Assembly (NCBI GenBank): GCA_050248855.1
Contig: JBFWRP010000008.1
Coordinates: 32,001 to 96,000, forward strand
DNA length: 64,000 bases
Source of the DNA: Planctomycetota bacterium
GTDB lineage: Bacteria > Planctomycetota > PLA2 > JAEUHO01
Reading direction: 5' to 3'
Positions 32,714 through 43,854 of the stretch are shown piece after piece (position 1 is the stretch's first letter; each line of letters opens with the position of its first letter). Made by a program: the position numbers and the translations under genes. The notes below the pieces were generated by a model. That model searched no databases, had not been told where the DNA came from, and saw nothing but the letters and a program-made list of their open reading frames with translations.

Positions 32714-33857
32714 CCGAGGCCCCGCCGCCCCCGCGCGAGGCCGCGGCGCCCCTGCCGGCGCTCGTGTCCCTGGGCTTGTTGGTGGCGCTGGCCGTGGGCG
32801 TCGGCGTGTTCGCCCTCGCCCGACCGGCGGCCCCGCCCGAGGCGGCCCGCCGCGTGACGGGCGGCGTCGAGACCGGGCTGGTGGAGGACGTGCTCACGGG
32901 CCGCCCGACGGACGCGATGGGCCGCCCCGTCGCGCTCACCGAGGGCCTGGGCAGCCCGGAGCAGCCGCTGCGCCTGCGCTTCGTGCCGTCGGCGGAACAG
33001 AGCGAGGCCCTGGCCACGATCGAGCGCCTGGTGGCGTGGCTGGAGGAGCGGACGGGCTACGCCCTCGAGGGCCGCATCCTCAACAGCTACGGCCTCGTCA
33101 TCGAGGAGCTCGTGCAGGGACGCTGCGACGTGGCGTTCCTCACCGCGGCCTCGTACGCACGCGCACGCTTCGCCACCGACGGCAACGACGATCCCGACGA
33201 CGACATCGTGGCCTTCCTCGGCGCCGTGCGGCACGGCTCGCCCGAGTACCCGGGAAGCGACCTCGCCTACCGCGCGGCGCTGCTCGTCAGGGCCGACAGC
33301 CCCCTCCGGAACCTGGACGACTTGAAGGACGGCGTGCGCGTGGCCATGGGCTCGCCTACCTCGGGGGCGAGCTCGATCCTGCCCTCGGCCCTCTTCCAGC
33401 GCCGCGGCATCGAGCCCGAGATCACGCGCTACGGCGGCGGCTACCCCTTGATCGTCGAAGCGGTGCTCCAGGGCGCCGTCGATGTGGGCTGCATCTGGTG
33501 GTCGGCGCCCAACGACGACAACCCGCAGAACGACGCGCGCATCACCGCGCGGGCCTCGCACCCCGACATCTTCGAGACGACGCGGCTCGTCGGCTTCACC
33601 GAGTGGATCCCCAACGAGCCGGTCGTGGCGCGCGCCAGCGTGCCCGAGGCCGTACGGCACACGCTGGCCCGGGCCCTCTGCCTCTACATCGCCACGCGCG
33701 TCGTCACCGAGGAGGGCCGTCGCGAGCTGGAGGCCGTCGGCAGCCTGATCGGCTACGTGCCGGCCACGAACGAGGACTTCGAGCCGCTGCTGCAGGTCAT
33801 CCAGCGCGCGTTCGCCAACGACCCGGAAGGCTGGGCCGACTTCCAGCGGAGTCGCAA

Positions 33858-33861
<4 letters not shown>
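32710..33861 (+). CDS. phnD: phosphate/phosphite/phosphonate ABC transporter substrate-binding protein
   Basis: LRFVPS, DVAFL, PTSGASSILP, GAVDVG, IPNEPVV; N-terminal hydrophobic anchor; upstream of phnC/phnE. Confidence 0.82.
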
Positions 33862-34627
<766 letters not shown>

Positions 34628-34631
<4 letters not shown>

Positions 34632-35890
34632 GCGGGCGCGGGGCAGCGCTGGAGGGCACGTGGAACCGCGCGGTGGCGCGCGGCGGGGCCTACGTGCTGG
34701 ACGCGTTGCTCATGGCCTACGTGCTGTGGACGCTCCACGCCCTGGGGTTCGGCGCGGCCGGCGGCGAGGGTCTGCTTGCGCGCTTTCCCCTGTTGCTCGG
34801 GCTCGCACCCGTGCTGGCGGCGCTGGCCCAGGGCGTGGGCGCCAGCGTGGGCTTCCTCGCCTTCGACCTCGAGCCGCGCGATGGCACGGGGCGGCGCGCC
34901 TCGGACGACCGGCGCTTGGCGGGCTCGCTGGTGACGGCGCTGGGCGGCGTTGCCGTCGTGGCGACCGCCGCGTGGCACGGGCTGCCCGGGGCGCTGGGGG
35001 TGGCCTTGGTGGCCGCGCTGGTCCCGCCGTTCGTGCTGGACGGACGGTCGCTCCCCGAGCGGCTGGGCGGGTTCGTCGTGGAGCGCCGCCGGCGCGACGA
35101 CGCGGTCGACGTGCTGCCCTGGTACCGCCGCCCCGGCGTGGCCCTCACGCTGCTCGTGCTCGGGCTCACGTTCGCGGTGGGGGCGCGCATCGTGGGGTTC
35201 GCCCCGGGACGGCTGTTCGAGGACAGCCAGAGCGTGCGGCGGCTCGTGCAGGACCTGCTCGACTTCGACTTCTCCATCGTGCCCGCCGTCATCGAGCGCA
35301 TGGTCGAGACGATCTTCGTGGCGCTGCTGGCCTCGGCGTTGGCCTTGCCGTTCGCGTTCGGGGTGGCGTTCGTGGGCGCGCGCAACCTCACGCGCGGCAG
35401 CCTCGCAGGCAAGGGCGGCTATGCCCTGGCGCGCCTGCTGATGAACGTGACGCGGTCGATCGAGCCGCTCGTGTGGGTCATCATCTTCTCGATCTGGGTG
35501 GGAGTGGGCGCATTCGCGGGCCTGCTCGCGCTGTGGGTGCATAGCATCGCGGCCTTGGGCAAGCTCTACAGCGAGGCCATCGAGGACATCGACCCCGGCC
35601 CCATGGAGGCGTTGCAGGCCACGGGCGCGAAGCCGCTCGCCGTCTTGCGTTACGGGGTGGTCCCGCAAGTGGTGCCGCCGTTCCTCGGCTTCACCGTGTA
35701 CCGCTGGGACATCAACGTCCGCATGGCCACCATCCTCGGCCTTGTCGGCGGCGGGGGCATCGGCGACCGTCTGATCTACTACCAGCAGGTGGGCCAGTGG
35801 CCCAAGGTGGGAACCATCCTCCTCTTCATCACCGGCGTCGTCTGGCTCATGGACCTCGCCAGCAGCAAGGTCCGCGAGCGCTTGCTGTAG
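34628..35890 (+). CDS. phnE: phosphonate ABC transporter permease with extra N-terminal membrane domain
   Basis: C-half has GKLYSEAIEDID, YRWDINVRMATILGLVGGGGIG; N-half is an additional hydrophobic region. Confidence 0.88.
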
Positions 35891-35978
35891 GCGCGCGGCT
35901 GCGTTCGCCGTGCGGGAGCGCGGAACGATACTCTTCGTGCTCCGCCTGCACTCGGATCCCGAGCTGCAACGTCCGCCC

Positions 35979-36075
35979 GCCGTCGACCGCGCCCCCTACG
36001 TGTCAGGCACCTTGCCCACGTTGCCGCTTTGCGGCGCCGCGGCAAGGGTCCTGACACGTTCGGGGTCGCTCACGC
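35979..36075. repeat. hairpin repeat family C, copy 1
   Basis: ACGTGTCAGGCACCTTGCC...GGCAAGGGTCCTGACACGT; its reverse complement matches 54954-55051 over about 95 bp. Confidence 0.85.
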
Positions 36076-36167
36076 AGCGGCGTCCGCTCGGTACGTCATC
36101 GTCGGCGGTAGCGGCTTGGCCGTGTTCACCTCGGGCATCTTCGGGGGGAGGGTACGTTCGGGTTGCT

Positions 36168-36440
36168 TCAAGCATCCGGGTGACGCGCGAGCCAGGTGCC
36201 GACGTAGCTGCAGCTGCCCTGGAGGTCGGCTCCGGCCGCGCGCGCGGCGGCCACGAAGGCGCGCACGAGCCGATCGGCGACGCCCTTCCCGCGGCCCTCC
36301 GGCGGAACGAACGTGTGCACGGCATCCCAGACCGGGCGCGCACCCTTCGCGCGCACGACATAGTCCAGGTGGGCCGAGGCACCGCCCAGGGGCAGCACGA
36401 ACCGCTTGGCCGCGGGGTCGTGGACGATGTCGTCGCTCAT
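36168..36440 (-). CDS. small GNAT family N-acetyltransferase (YjdJ-like)
   Basis: HTFVPPEGRGKGVADRLV, CSYV; 90 aa. Confidence 0.85.
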   Translation of the reverse strand: MSDDIVHDPAAKRFVLPLGGASAHLDYVVRAKGARPVWDAVHTFVPPEGRGKGVADRLVRAFVAAARAAGADLQGSCSYVGTWLARHPDA

Positions 36441-36517
36441 CGGGGCTCCGGGTATCGCCGGACAGGTCGGCGGCCTCGTAGCCTACAAGGCCGTCCGAGG
36501 GCCCAGGAGACCCCGAC

Positions 36518-37267
36518 ATGAGCGCCACCGTCCACATCGTCCTTGGCGTCCTGTTCCTCGCCGCGGGTGCGTACGCCACGTGGACGATGCTCGAGCTGTT
36601 CGGCGGCCAGGCAGGCGCGGAGGGCAAGGACCGTGCCACGGTCCGCCATCGTTGGGCCGGGCGCGTCTTCGGCATCCTCTACGTGATCCTCCTGGCGTCA
36701 ATGCTGTCCAAGGTGCGCGGCGCCGGCGGGCTTGGCGCCACGCAGGCGCTGCACGCCATGCTGGGCCTGTCGATCGCCCCGCTGCTGCTGGTCAAGCTCG
36801 TGATCGCGCGGCGCCACAAGTCGCTGCACCGGATCCTGCCCGGCTTCGGCATCACGCTGTTCCTGCTGGCCTTCGCGACGGTGGCCACCGGAGCGCTGCC
36901 GCGCTGGCAGCGGAGCGGCACGAGCGAGGCCTGGGAATCGGTCGCGGAGGGCGACCTGGCCAGCGTCGGCGCACGGTTGTCCCAATCACGCTGTACGGCC
37001 TGCCATGACCTCGGTCGCGTCGAGGCGCAGAAGGGCCGGTTGGATGCGGCGGGCTGGGCGCAGGTCTTCGAGCGCATGGCGAAACGGGATCCGAGCCTTC
37101 GCGAGGTGCGTGGTCCCATCTTGGCGTGGCTCGAACGCGACTTCGCCGCCGCGGCCGGCACCGTGCCGGCAGGGGGCGGTACGGGCGGCGGCGATGACGA
37201 CGGAGGAACCGACGACGACGGTCGGGGGCGCGGTCGCGGCCGTGGCCGCGGCGGGGATGATCGGTAG
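36518..37267 (+). CDS. membrane protein with C-terminal monoheme cytochrome c domain
   Basis: About four hydrophobic helices with His residues, CTACH motif, Gly/Asp/Arg low-complexity tail. Confidence 0.72.
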   Translation: MSATVHIVLGVLFLAAGAYATWTMLELFGGQAGAEGKDRATVRHRWAGRVFGILYVILLASMLSKVRGAGGLGATQALHAMLGLSIAPLLLVKLVIARRHKSLHRILPGFGITLFLLAFATVATGALPRWQRSGTSEAWESVAEGDLASVGARLSQSRCTACHDLGRVEAQKGRLDAAGWAQVFERMAKRDPSLREVRGPILAWLERDFAAAAGTVPAGGGTGGGDDDGGTDDDGRGRGRGRGRGGDDR

Positions 37268-37279
37268 CGGGTGCGGCGC

Positions 37280-37377
37280 GTACGGAGTCGGGTGAGATTC
37301 CACCTTCGGGCCGCCATGCCCAGGCGCCGGCGGTAGCGCGTCCCGGCCCGAAGGTGGAATCTCACCCGACTCCGTAC
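37280..37377. repeat. REPIN-like element family A, copy 8
   Basis: Perfect 31-bp inverted arms, 36-bp core. Confidence 0.95.
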
Positions 37378-37454
37378 TGGCCCCCCCGACTCACCCGCTT
37401 CCCTATGACACGCCCGTTCTTGGGCGGCCCATGAGCCTGCGCTAGACTCTGCGC

Positions 37455-37612
37455 ACCATCTGGAGTGGCTGCCCTGACGGGGCAGTCCGGCAACCTGGGC
37501 GGACGAACCCAAGGTGCCCGCCCCCGCGGTTTGGCGCGTGCTTGCACGAGTCGACGCGGGGGGATGTGGCGAGCTCGCGGCCGACGGCCGCGAGCACGCA
37601 ACGAAGCGTCCG
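37455..37612 (+). promoter_or_regulatory. SAM-I/IV-type riboswitch
   Basis: P1 CATC/GATG; J1/2 TGGAG; P2 GGCTGCCC/GGGCAGTC; core CGGCAACC...GGTGCC; P3 TGGG/CCCA; P4 CCCCCGCG/CGCGGGGG; P5 GCTCGCGGCC/GGCCGCGAGC (37573-37595); loop-3 CGGACG (37500-37505) is complementary to CGTCCG (37607-37612), the PK-2 pseudoknot. Confidence 0.85.
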
Positions 37613-37694
37613 ACATGCTGATCCTTGCGGTCCACCAAGCCGCACGGCGTGTCCTCCGGATCGGTGCCCGCGTCCCCGCTTCCGGAGTCCGTCG

Positions 37695-37949
37695 ATGTCC
37701 AACGCCCTCGCCGTGCGGGCGCAGCGTCACCTGGCTGCCCTCCCGCCGATCGACCCCGACCACCACCTCTGGCGCAACGGCCGCCTCTGGTGGATCGCCA
37801 TGACCGTGGAGAGCGCGGACGGTGAGCGCTGGCGGGTACGCCGGTCGCTCAAGACGGCCGACTTGGAAGAAGCCCGCCGCCGGCGTGATGCCCTGATCGA
37901 ACGGGCCCGCGGCATGGACGCCTTCCGTCTCGCCGGGAGCTTGGCCTAG
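37695..37949 (+). CDS. small hypothetical protein (84 aa), integrase arm-binding / DUF6538-like
   Basis: GGAG upstream of ATG; HHLWRNGRLWWIAMTV...RVRRSLKTADLEEARRRRDALI. Confidence 0.72.
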   Translation: MSNALAVRAQRHLAALPPIDPDHHLWRNGRLWWIAMTVESADGERWRVRRSLKTADLEEARRRRDALIERARGMDAFRLAGSLA

Positions 37950-37953
37950 CCCC

Positions 37954-38049
37954 GTACGGAGGCGGGAAAAGCTGTTGCAAGGTGCCTCGCCGGGCCCCGC
38001 CCCAGGGGCTCGCATCGGCACCCCGCAACAACTTTTCCCGCCTCCGTTG
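37954..38049. repeat. REPIN-like element family B, copy 1
   Basis: GTACGGAGGCGGGAAAAGCTGTTGC ... GCAACAACTTTTCCCGCCTCCGT; same GTACGGAG(T/G)CGGG terminus as family A. Confidence 0.8.
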
Positions 38050-38089
38050 GCGTGGCGGCTAACCTGTTTCCCTCCTCCCGGAGACCGCC

Positions 38090-38947
38090 ATGCGCCGCCT
38101 GTTTGCCCTCCTCACCCTGGTCGCGGCCGCCGCCGTGGCGCTGCCCGTCTGGTCCGACGAGGGCACGCCGCCCGCGGCCAAGCCCACGCGCCCCCGCGCG
38201 CTGGTGAAGACCTCCATGGGCGACTTCACGCTGGAGCTGTTCGCCGACGAAGCGCCGAAGACCGTCGAGAACTTCTTGGGCCTGGCCGAAGGCACGAAGC
38301 TGTGGAAGAACCCGATGACCGGAGAGGAGCAGCGCAAGCCCTTCTTCGACGGCCTTGCGTTCCACCGCGTCATCGACGGCTTCATGATCCAGGGCGGCTG
38401 CCCGCTGGGCAACGGCATGGGTGGCCCCGGCTACTCCTTCGAGGACGAGATCAACGCCGACTGCCTGGGCTTGGACAAGATCAAGTTCATGGGCGCGGGT
38501 GGCCAGCCCCACGCCTGGGCCGGCATCCGCAGCCAGCAGGACTTCGCCCAGGTGTTCGTCCAGCCATGGCTGGCTTCGCAGGGCATCACCTCGCAGGCCG
38601 AGATCGAAGCCCGCGCGCAGGAGCTTGACGCCAAGCTCAAGGACACGCTCGAAACGATCACGCTGAAGGGCGTCTATGAGCTGCAGGGCTACAAGTACAG
38701 CACCGCGTTCCAGAGCAGCAAGCCCGTCAAGGGCGTGATCGCCATGGCCAACAGCGGCCCCAACACGAACGGCTCGCAGTTCTTCGTGAACCTGGAGGAC
38801 ACGCCGCATCTCACGGGCAAGCACACCGTGTTCGGCCGTGTCGTCGAGGGCATGGACGTCGTCGAGAAGATCGGCAAGGTCAAGGTGGGCCCCGGCGCCA
38901 AGCCGCTTACGCCCGTCACCATCACCTCCATCCGTCGCCTGCCCTGA
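38090..38947 (+). CDS. cyclophilin-type peptidyl-prolyl isomerase, exported, with internal insertion
   Basis: [48 protein letters not shown]; signal peptide. Confidence 0.93.
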   Translation: MRRLFALLTLVAAAAVALPVWSDEGTPPAAKPTRPRALVKTSMGDFTLELFADEAPKTVENFLGLAEGTKLWKNPMTGEEQRKPFFDGLAFHRVIDGFMIQGGCPLGNGMGGPGYSFEDEINADCLGLDKIKFMGAGGQPHAWAGIRSQQDFAQVFVQPWLASQGITSQAEIEARAQELDAKLKDTLETITLKGVYELQGYKYSTAFQSSKPVKGVIAMANSGPNTNGSQFFVNLEDTPHLTGKHTVFGRVVEGMDVVEKIGKVKVGPGAKPLTPVTITSIRRLP

Positions 38948-38952
38948 CGCGG

Positions 38953-39600
38953 ATGGGCAGCGTCGACGTCGCGCTGCCCGCCGGGCGCCCGCTGCCGCGC
39001 AAGGTCGAACGCTTCCTCGACCGGGCAGAAGACGTGCGCTCGGCGTGGTTCGAGTCCACCTCCAGCGTCCACCGCCCCGGCTTCGTCGCCAGTGACCCGG
39101 TCGCCGTGTGGACGGCGCTCTCGGCGATTGCCGACGCGCACCTCGCCCCGGGGCCCGTGTTCTGCGAGTGGGGCAGCGGGCTCGGCGTGGCGACGGCCTT
39201 GGCGGCGTACCTCGGCTTTGACGCCTACGGCATCGAGGTGGACCCCGAGCTGGTCGAGGCGGCCGTGGAGCTGTGCGCGGACTTCGCGCCGGAAGCCCGC
39301 TTCGAAGTGGGCTCGTTCCTCCCCGAGGACACCGAGATCGAAGGCGTGCTCGGCGAAGAGCTCGACTGGCTCGACACGTCCGCGGCGCCCGCCTACGAGG
39401 ACATGGGCTTGGAGGTGGACGAGATCGACCTCGTGTACGCCTACCCGTGGCCCGGCGAAGAGTTCGCGGTGTACGAGTGCTTCGAGCAGCACGCCGCCGA
39501 CGGCGCCCTGCTCCTCACGTGGCACGGCCTCGAAGGCATGAAGCTGAGGCGCAAGGCCAGCGAGCGGCGCCGACGGGCCGGTCGCGGCCGCCGGCGCTGA
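38953..39600 (+). CDS. class I SAM-dependent methyltransferase
   Basis: FCEWGSGLG, AYGIEVD, VYAYPWPGE. Confidence 0.8.
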   Translation: MGSVDVALPAGRPLPRKVERFLDRAEDVRSAWFESTSSVHRPGFVASDPVAVWTALSAIADAHLAPGPVFCEWGSGLGVATALAAYLGFDAYGIEVDPELVEAAVELCADFAPEARFEVGSFLPEDTEIEGVLGEELDWLDTSAAPAYEDMGLEVDEIDLVYAYPWPGEEFAVYECFEQHAADGALLLTWHGLEGMKLRRKASERRRRAGRGRRR

Positions 39601-39606
39601 AGACGG

Positions 39607-40758
39607 CTACTTGCCCGTGGCTTGCCCGGTGCCCTGCTCCGACGCGTCCGGCTCGTCGGGCGACGTCACGTCCACGGGCTCCTCGACGACGGCTTCGCCG
39701 AGTGCCTTCAAGAGCTTGAAGCGGGGGCCTAGCCAGTCCGTGCGGAGCAGGCTCCCGTAGCGGCCCGCGCTCTCGTCGGCGCGGCGGCGTGCCTCGAGGC
39801 GGCCGGAGCGCAGCTTCACGAGATGCGCGTCGAGCGCAGCGCGACCCGGGTCGGCCGGGTCGACCGCGGCCACGTGACGATGCAGGCGGTCTTCCTCGAC
39901 AGCCTGCAGCGTGGCCACGAGCGTGCGCACGCTCAAGAGCATCACGCCGAGCTCGTCGACGCGTTCGCCGATCGCCGCCTCGTAGGCCGCCGCGGCATCG
40001 GCCAGGAGCGCGGCGTTCTGCCGCGCGATCTCGCGTCGGCGCCACGCCTCCTCACGGCGCGCGAGCTCGAACTGCAGGCGGGCGAGGAACGCCCGGTAGG
40101 CATGGACCTCGTCCGGCCACGCCACGTGGTGGCCGAGCAGCAAGCGACGGTTCAGCTCGCGCTCGTAGGCGAACAGGCCGAGGGCCTCGATCGGGTAGCC
40201 CTCCGGCGCCAGGCCCGCGGGCTGGTCCAGGCCCAAGCCGAACGGGCTCGTGATCTTCACGTTGGACTTCATGTATCCGTCGAGCGCACCGGCCAGCCCG
40301 GCGTGCAGGGCCGCGGCCTCGCGGATGAAGCGCGGCCACTGGTCGCTCGCGATGCCGATGGCGCGGTGCGTGTCGGGCTCGACCTCGAAGCGCACGTCGC
40401 GGCCCATCTCGGTGAGCGCCTGCTTGAGGCGCGGCAGGCGCGGCTTGATGGCCGCGACCCAGATGTCGTAGAGCGCGTGGTCCGTCGCCGTGCGGCGGGG
40501 GACCTGCGCAATGTGGTCAAGCTGCACGACGAGGCTGGCGTGCACGTCGCGGAAGTCGAAGCCCGCAGCCGGGTCGACAACGCCCGGGGGGAGCCCTTCG
40601 CCCGGTGGCACGTCGTCGGCTGCGACCGGGGGCGGCGGCGCGTCGGGAAGCGCGGGCGGGGGCGGCGCGACCGGCTCGTCCTCGGCCCCGGCGCGTCCGC
40701 CCGACACCGCGAGGGTCAAGGCCAGGGCGAGGGGGCCAAGCAGCAGGTGGGCGCGCAT
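39607..40758 (-). CDS. secreted hypothetical protein (paralog of 40962-42062)
   Basis: GGAGG upstream, signal peptide, Pro-rich linker, colinear similarity to the neighbouring ORF. Confidence 0.78.
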   Translation of the reverse strand: MRAHLLLGPLALALTLAVSGGRAGAEDEPVAPPPPALPDAPPPPVAADDVPPGEGLPPGVVDPAAGFDFRDVHASLVVQLDHIAQVPRRTATDHALYDIWVAAIKPRLPRLKQALTEMGRDVRFEVEPDTHRAIGIASDQWPRFIREAAALHAGLAGALDGYMKSNVKITSPFGLGLDQPAGLAPEGYPIEALGLFAYERELNRRLLLGHHVAWPDEVHAYRAFLARLQFELARREEAWRRREIARQNAALLADAAAAYEAAIGERVDELGVMLLSVRTLVATLQAVEEDRLHRHVAAVDPADPGRAALDAHLVKLRSGRLEARRRADESAGRYGSLLRTDWLGPRFKLLKALGEAVVEEPVDVTSPDEPDASEQGTGQATGK

Positions 40759-40961
40759 GGGGACCTCCGGGGCGGGGGCGACGACGGCCAAAGGATACGG
40801 GACCGCAAACCCCGGACCGCCGCCATGGGTCCGGAACATGGGGCCCTCTGGCCTGCGCGTCCCTCTCCGACCACGCGCGTGTCCCCCCATGAGGTCAGGG
40901 CCGTGCCGAGGTGGCACCGGCACGACCGTGGAGGCGTGGGGCAGGTCCGGGCGTCGGGGGG

Positions 40962-42062
40962 TCAGTTGGCCGCGGACGGCGTGGTGGGCGTGTCCTGGAC
41001 CGGTTCGTCGACGTCTTCCGCCGCCCCGCCGAGCGCGCTTCGCAGGTCTCGGCGGGGGGCCAGCCAGTCGTTGCGCAGCAGGCTGCCGTAGCGACCCGCA
41101 TCGGCCAGCGTGAGGCGTTGGGCATCCAAGCGTGCCTTGCGCAAGGCAGCCAGCTTCGCGTGGAGCTCGACACGGGCGTCCTCGTCGAGGTCGGCCGCAT
41201 CGACGAGCTCGTGAAGCCTGTCCTCCTCGACGCTCTGCACCACGGCGACATACGTGCGCAGACCCAGCAGGAGCAGGGAGATGTCCTCGACACGCTCCGC
41301 GAGCGCGGCGTCGTACCGTGCGGCGGCCTGATCGACGATCTCCTCGGCCGTGGGTCCGTGGTCGCGCGGGTCGTTGCTTCCACGACGCAGCAGCTCGGCG
41401 TTCAAGCGGCTGGCCAGCGCACGGTAGGCACGCACTTCGTCGGCCCACGCGACGCGGCGGGCGCGTAGTCGGCGCGACAGCTCGCTCGCGTAGCCGCGAA
41501 AGCCCAGCTCGTCCAGGTACACGTCGTCGGGTACACGCTCGGCGGGCTTGTCGATACCATGGCCGAGGGGAAGCGTGAGCCTGACGTCGGCCTCGCGGTA
41601 GCCGTCGATCATGCCGACGAGCAAGGCCTGGGCGGCGGCCGCATCGCGCACGAAACCCGACCACTCGTCGGGCGCCATGCCCAGCGTGCGCCGGGTCGAC
41701 GGGTCGATGGCCCAGCGGGCCTCGTCACCCAGGAACGCCATGGCCGGCTTGAGGCGTGCCATGCGCGGTCGTACCACGGCGTACCAGACGTCGTAGAGGC
41801 CGTGGTCCGTCTCGGTGCGGGCCGGCATGTCGATGACGCGCTCGACCTGGGCCATCAGGGCTTGGTGCAAGCCACGGAAGTCGACGGCGGACAGTCCTTC
41901 GTCGGCGCGTATCAGCACGTCGTGGGTGTCCTTGGGCTGGTCCGCGGCCGCCGCATCCGGCACGGGAGCGGGGGGCGTGTCGTCGGCGTGGGCGCCAAGC
42001 GTGGCTGGCGCCAGGACCAGCGCAAGGACCAACGGGCGGATGCAAGGCGTGGGGCGGGACAT
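40962..42062 (-). CDS. secreted hypothetical protein (paralog of 39607-40758)
   Basis: GGAGG upstream, signal peptide, shared TDHxLYDxW and AGRYGSLLRxDWLxPR. Confidence 0.78.
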   Translation of the reverse strand: MSRPTPCIRPLVLALVLAPATLGAHADDTPPAPVPDAAAADQPKDTHDVLIRADEGLSAVDFRGLHQALMAQVERVIDMPARTETDHGLYDVWYAVVRPRMARLKPAMAFLGDEARWAIDPSTRRTLGMAPDEWSGFVRDAAAAQALLVGMIDGYREADVRLTLPLGHGIDKPAERVPDDVYLDELGFRGYASELSRRLRARRVAWADEVRAYRALASRLNAELLRRGSNDPRDHGPTAEEIVDQAAARYDAALAERVEDISLLLLGLRTYVAVVQSVEEDRLHELVDAADLDEDARVELHAKLAALRKARLDAQRLTLADAGRYGSLLRNDWLAPRRDLRSALGGAAEDVDEPVQDTPTTPSAAN

Positions 42063-42172
42063 GGGAGCCTCCGGGCGTGCAGGAAGGAAGGTGCACGGGA
42101 GACGGCGCAAGCCGCGGTCCGATGCGTGCGCGCTGGCGGATGCGGGCGCCAGGGACACGGAAGCGTGCGCGA

Positions 42173-43618
<1,446 letters not shown>

Positions 43619-43648
43619 GCGCCGCATGGTAGCGCGCACGGTCGTGCG

Positions 43649-43746
43649 GTACGGAGTCGGGTGAGATTGCACCTTCGGGGTGCCATGCGCTCCCGCTGGC
43701 GCCTGCTCGTAGCGGCCCGAAGGTGGAATCTCACCCGACTCCGTAC
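43649..43746. repeat. REPIN-like element family A, copy 9
   Basis: 98 bp; between divergent M20 peptidase and htpG; followed by palindrome GGGGTCAGACCCC at 43763-43775. Confidence 0.93.
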
Positions 43747-43854
43747 TGTGCGTCTCTCGCTTGGGGTCAGACCCCGGCCCACCTCTCCCCGTCCTCGGCT
43801 TGAGCGGGTCGGCGCGAACGGCACCATGGCGGTACCCACGTACGGAGGAACCCC

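Noticed and set aside
37615..37803. Alternative ORF starting at the ATG just after the riboswitch pseudoknot
   Set aside because: No clear RBS and shadow-like composition; the ORF at 37695 has GGAG and protein-like sequence. A leader-peptide role is not fully excluded.
43839..43848. GTACGGAGGA upstream of htpG as a REP end
   Set aside because: Better explained as the htpG ribosome-binding site (GGAGG); no arm sequence follows.
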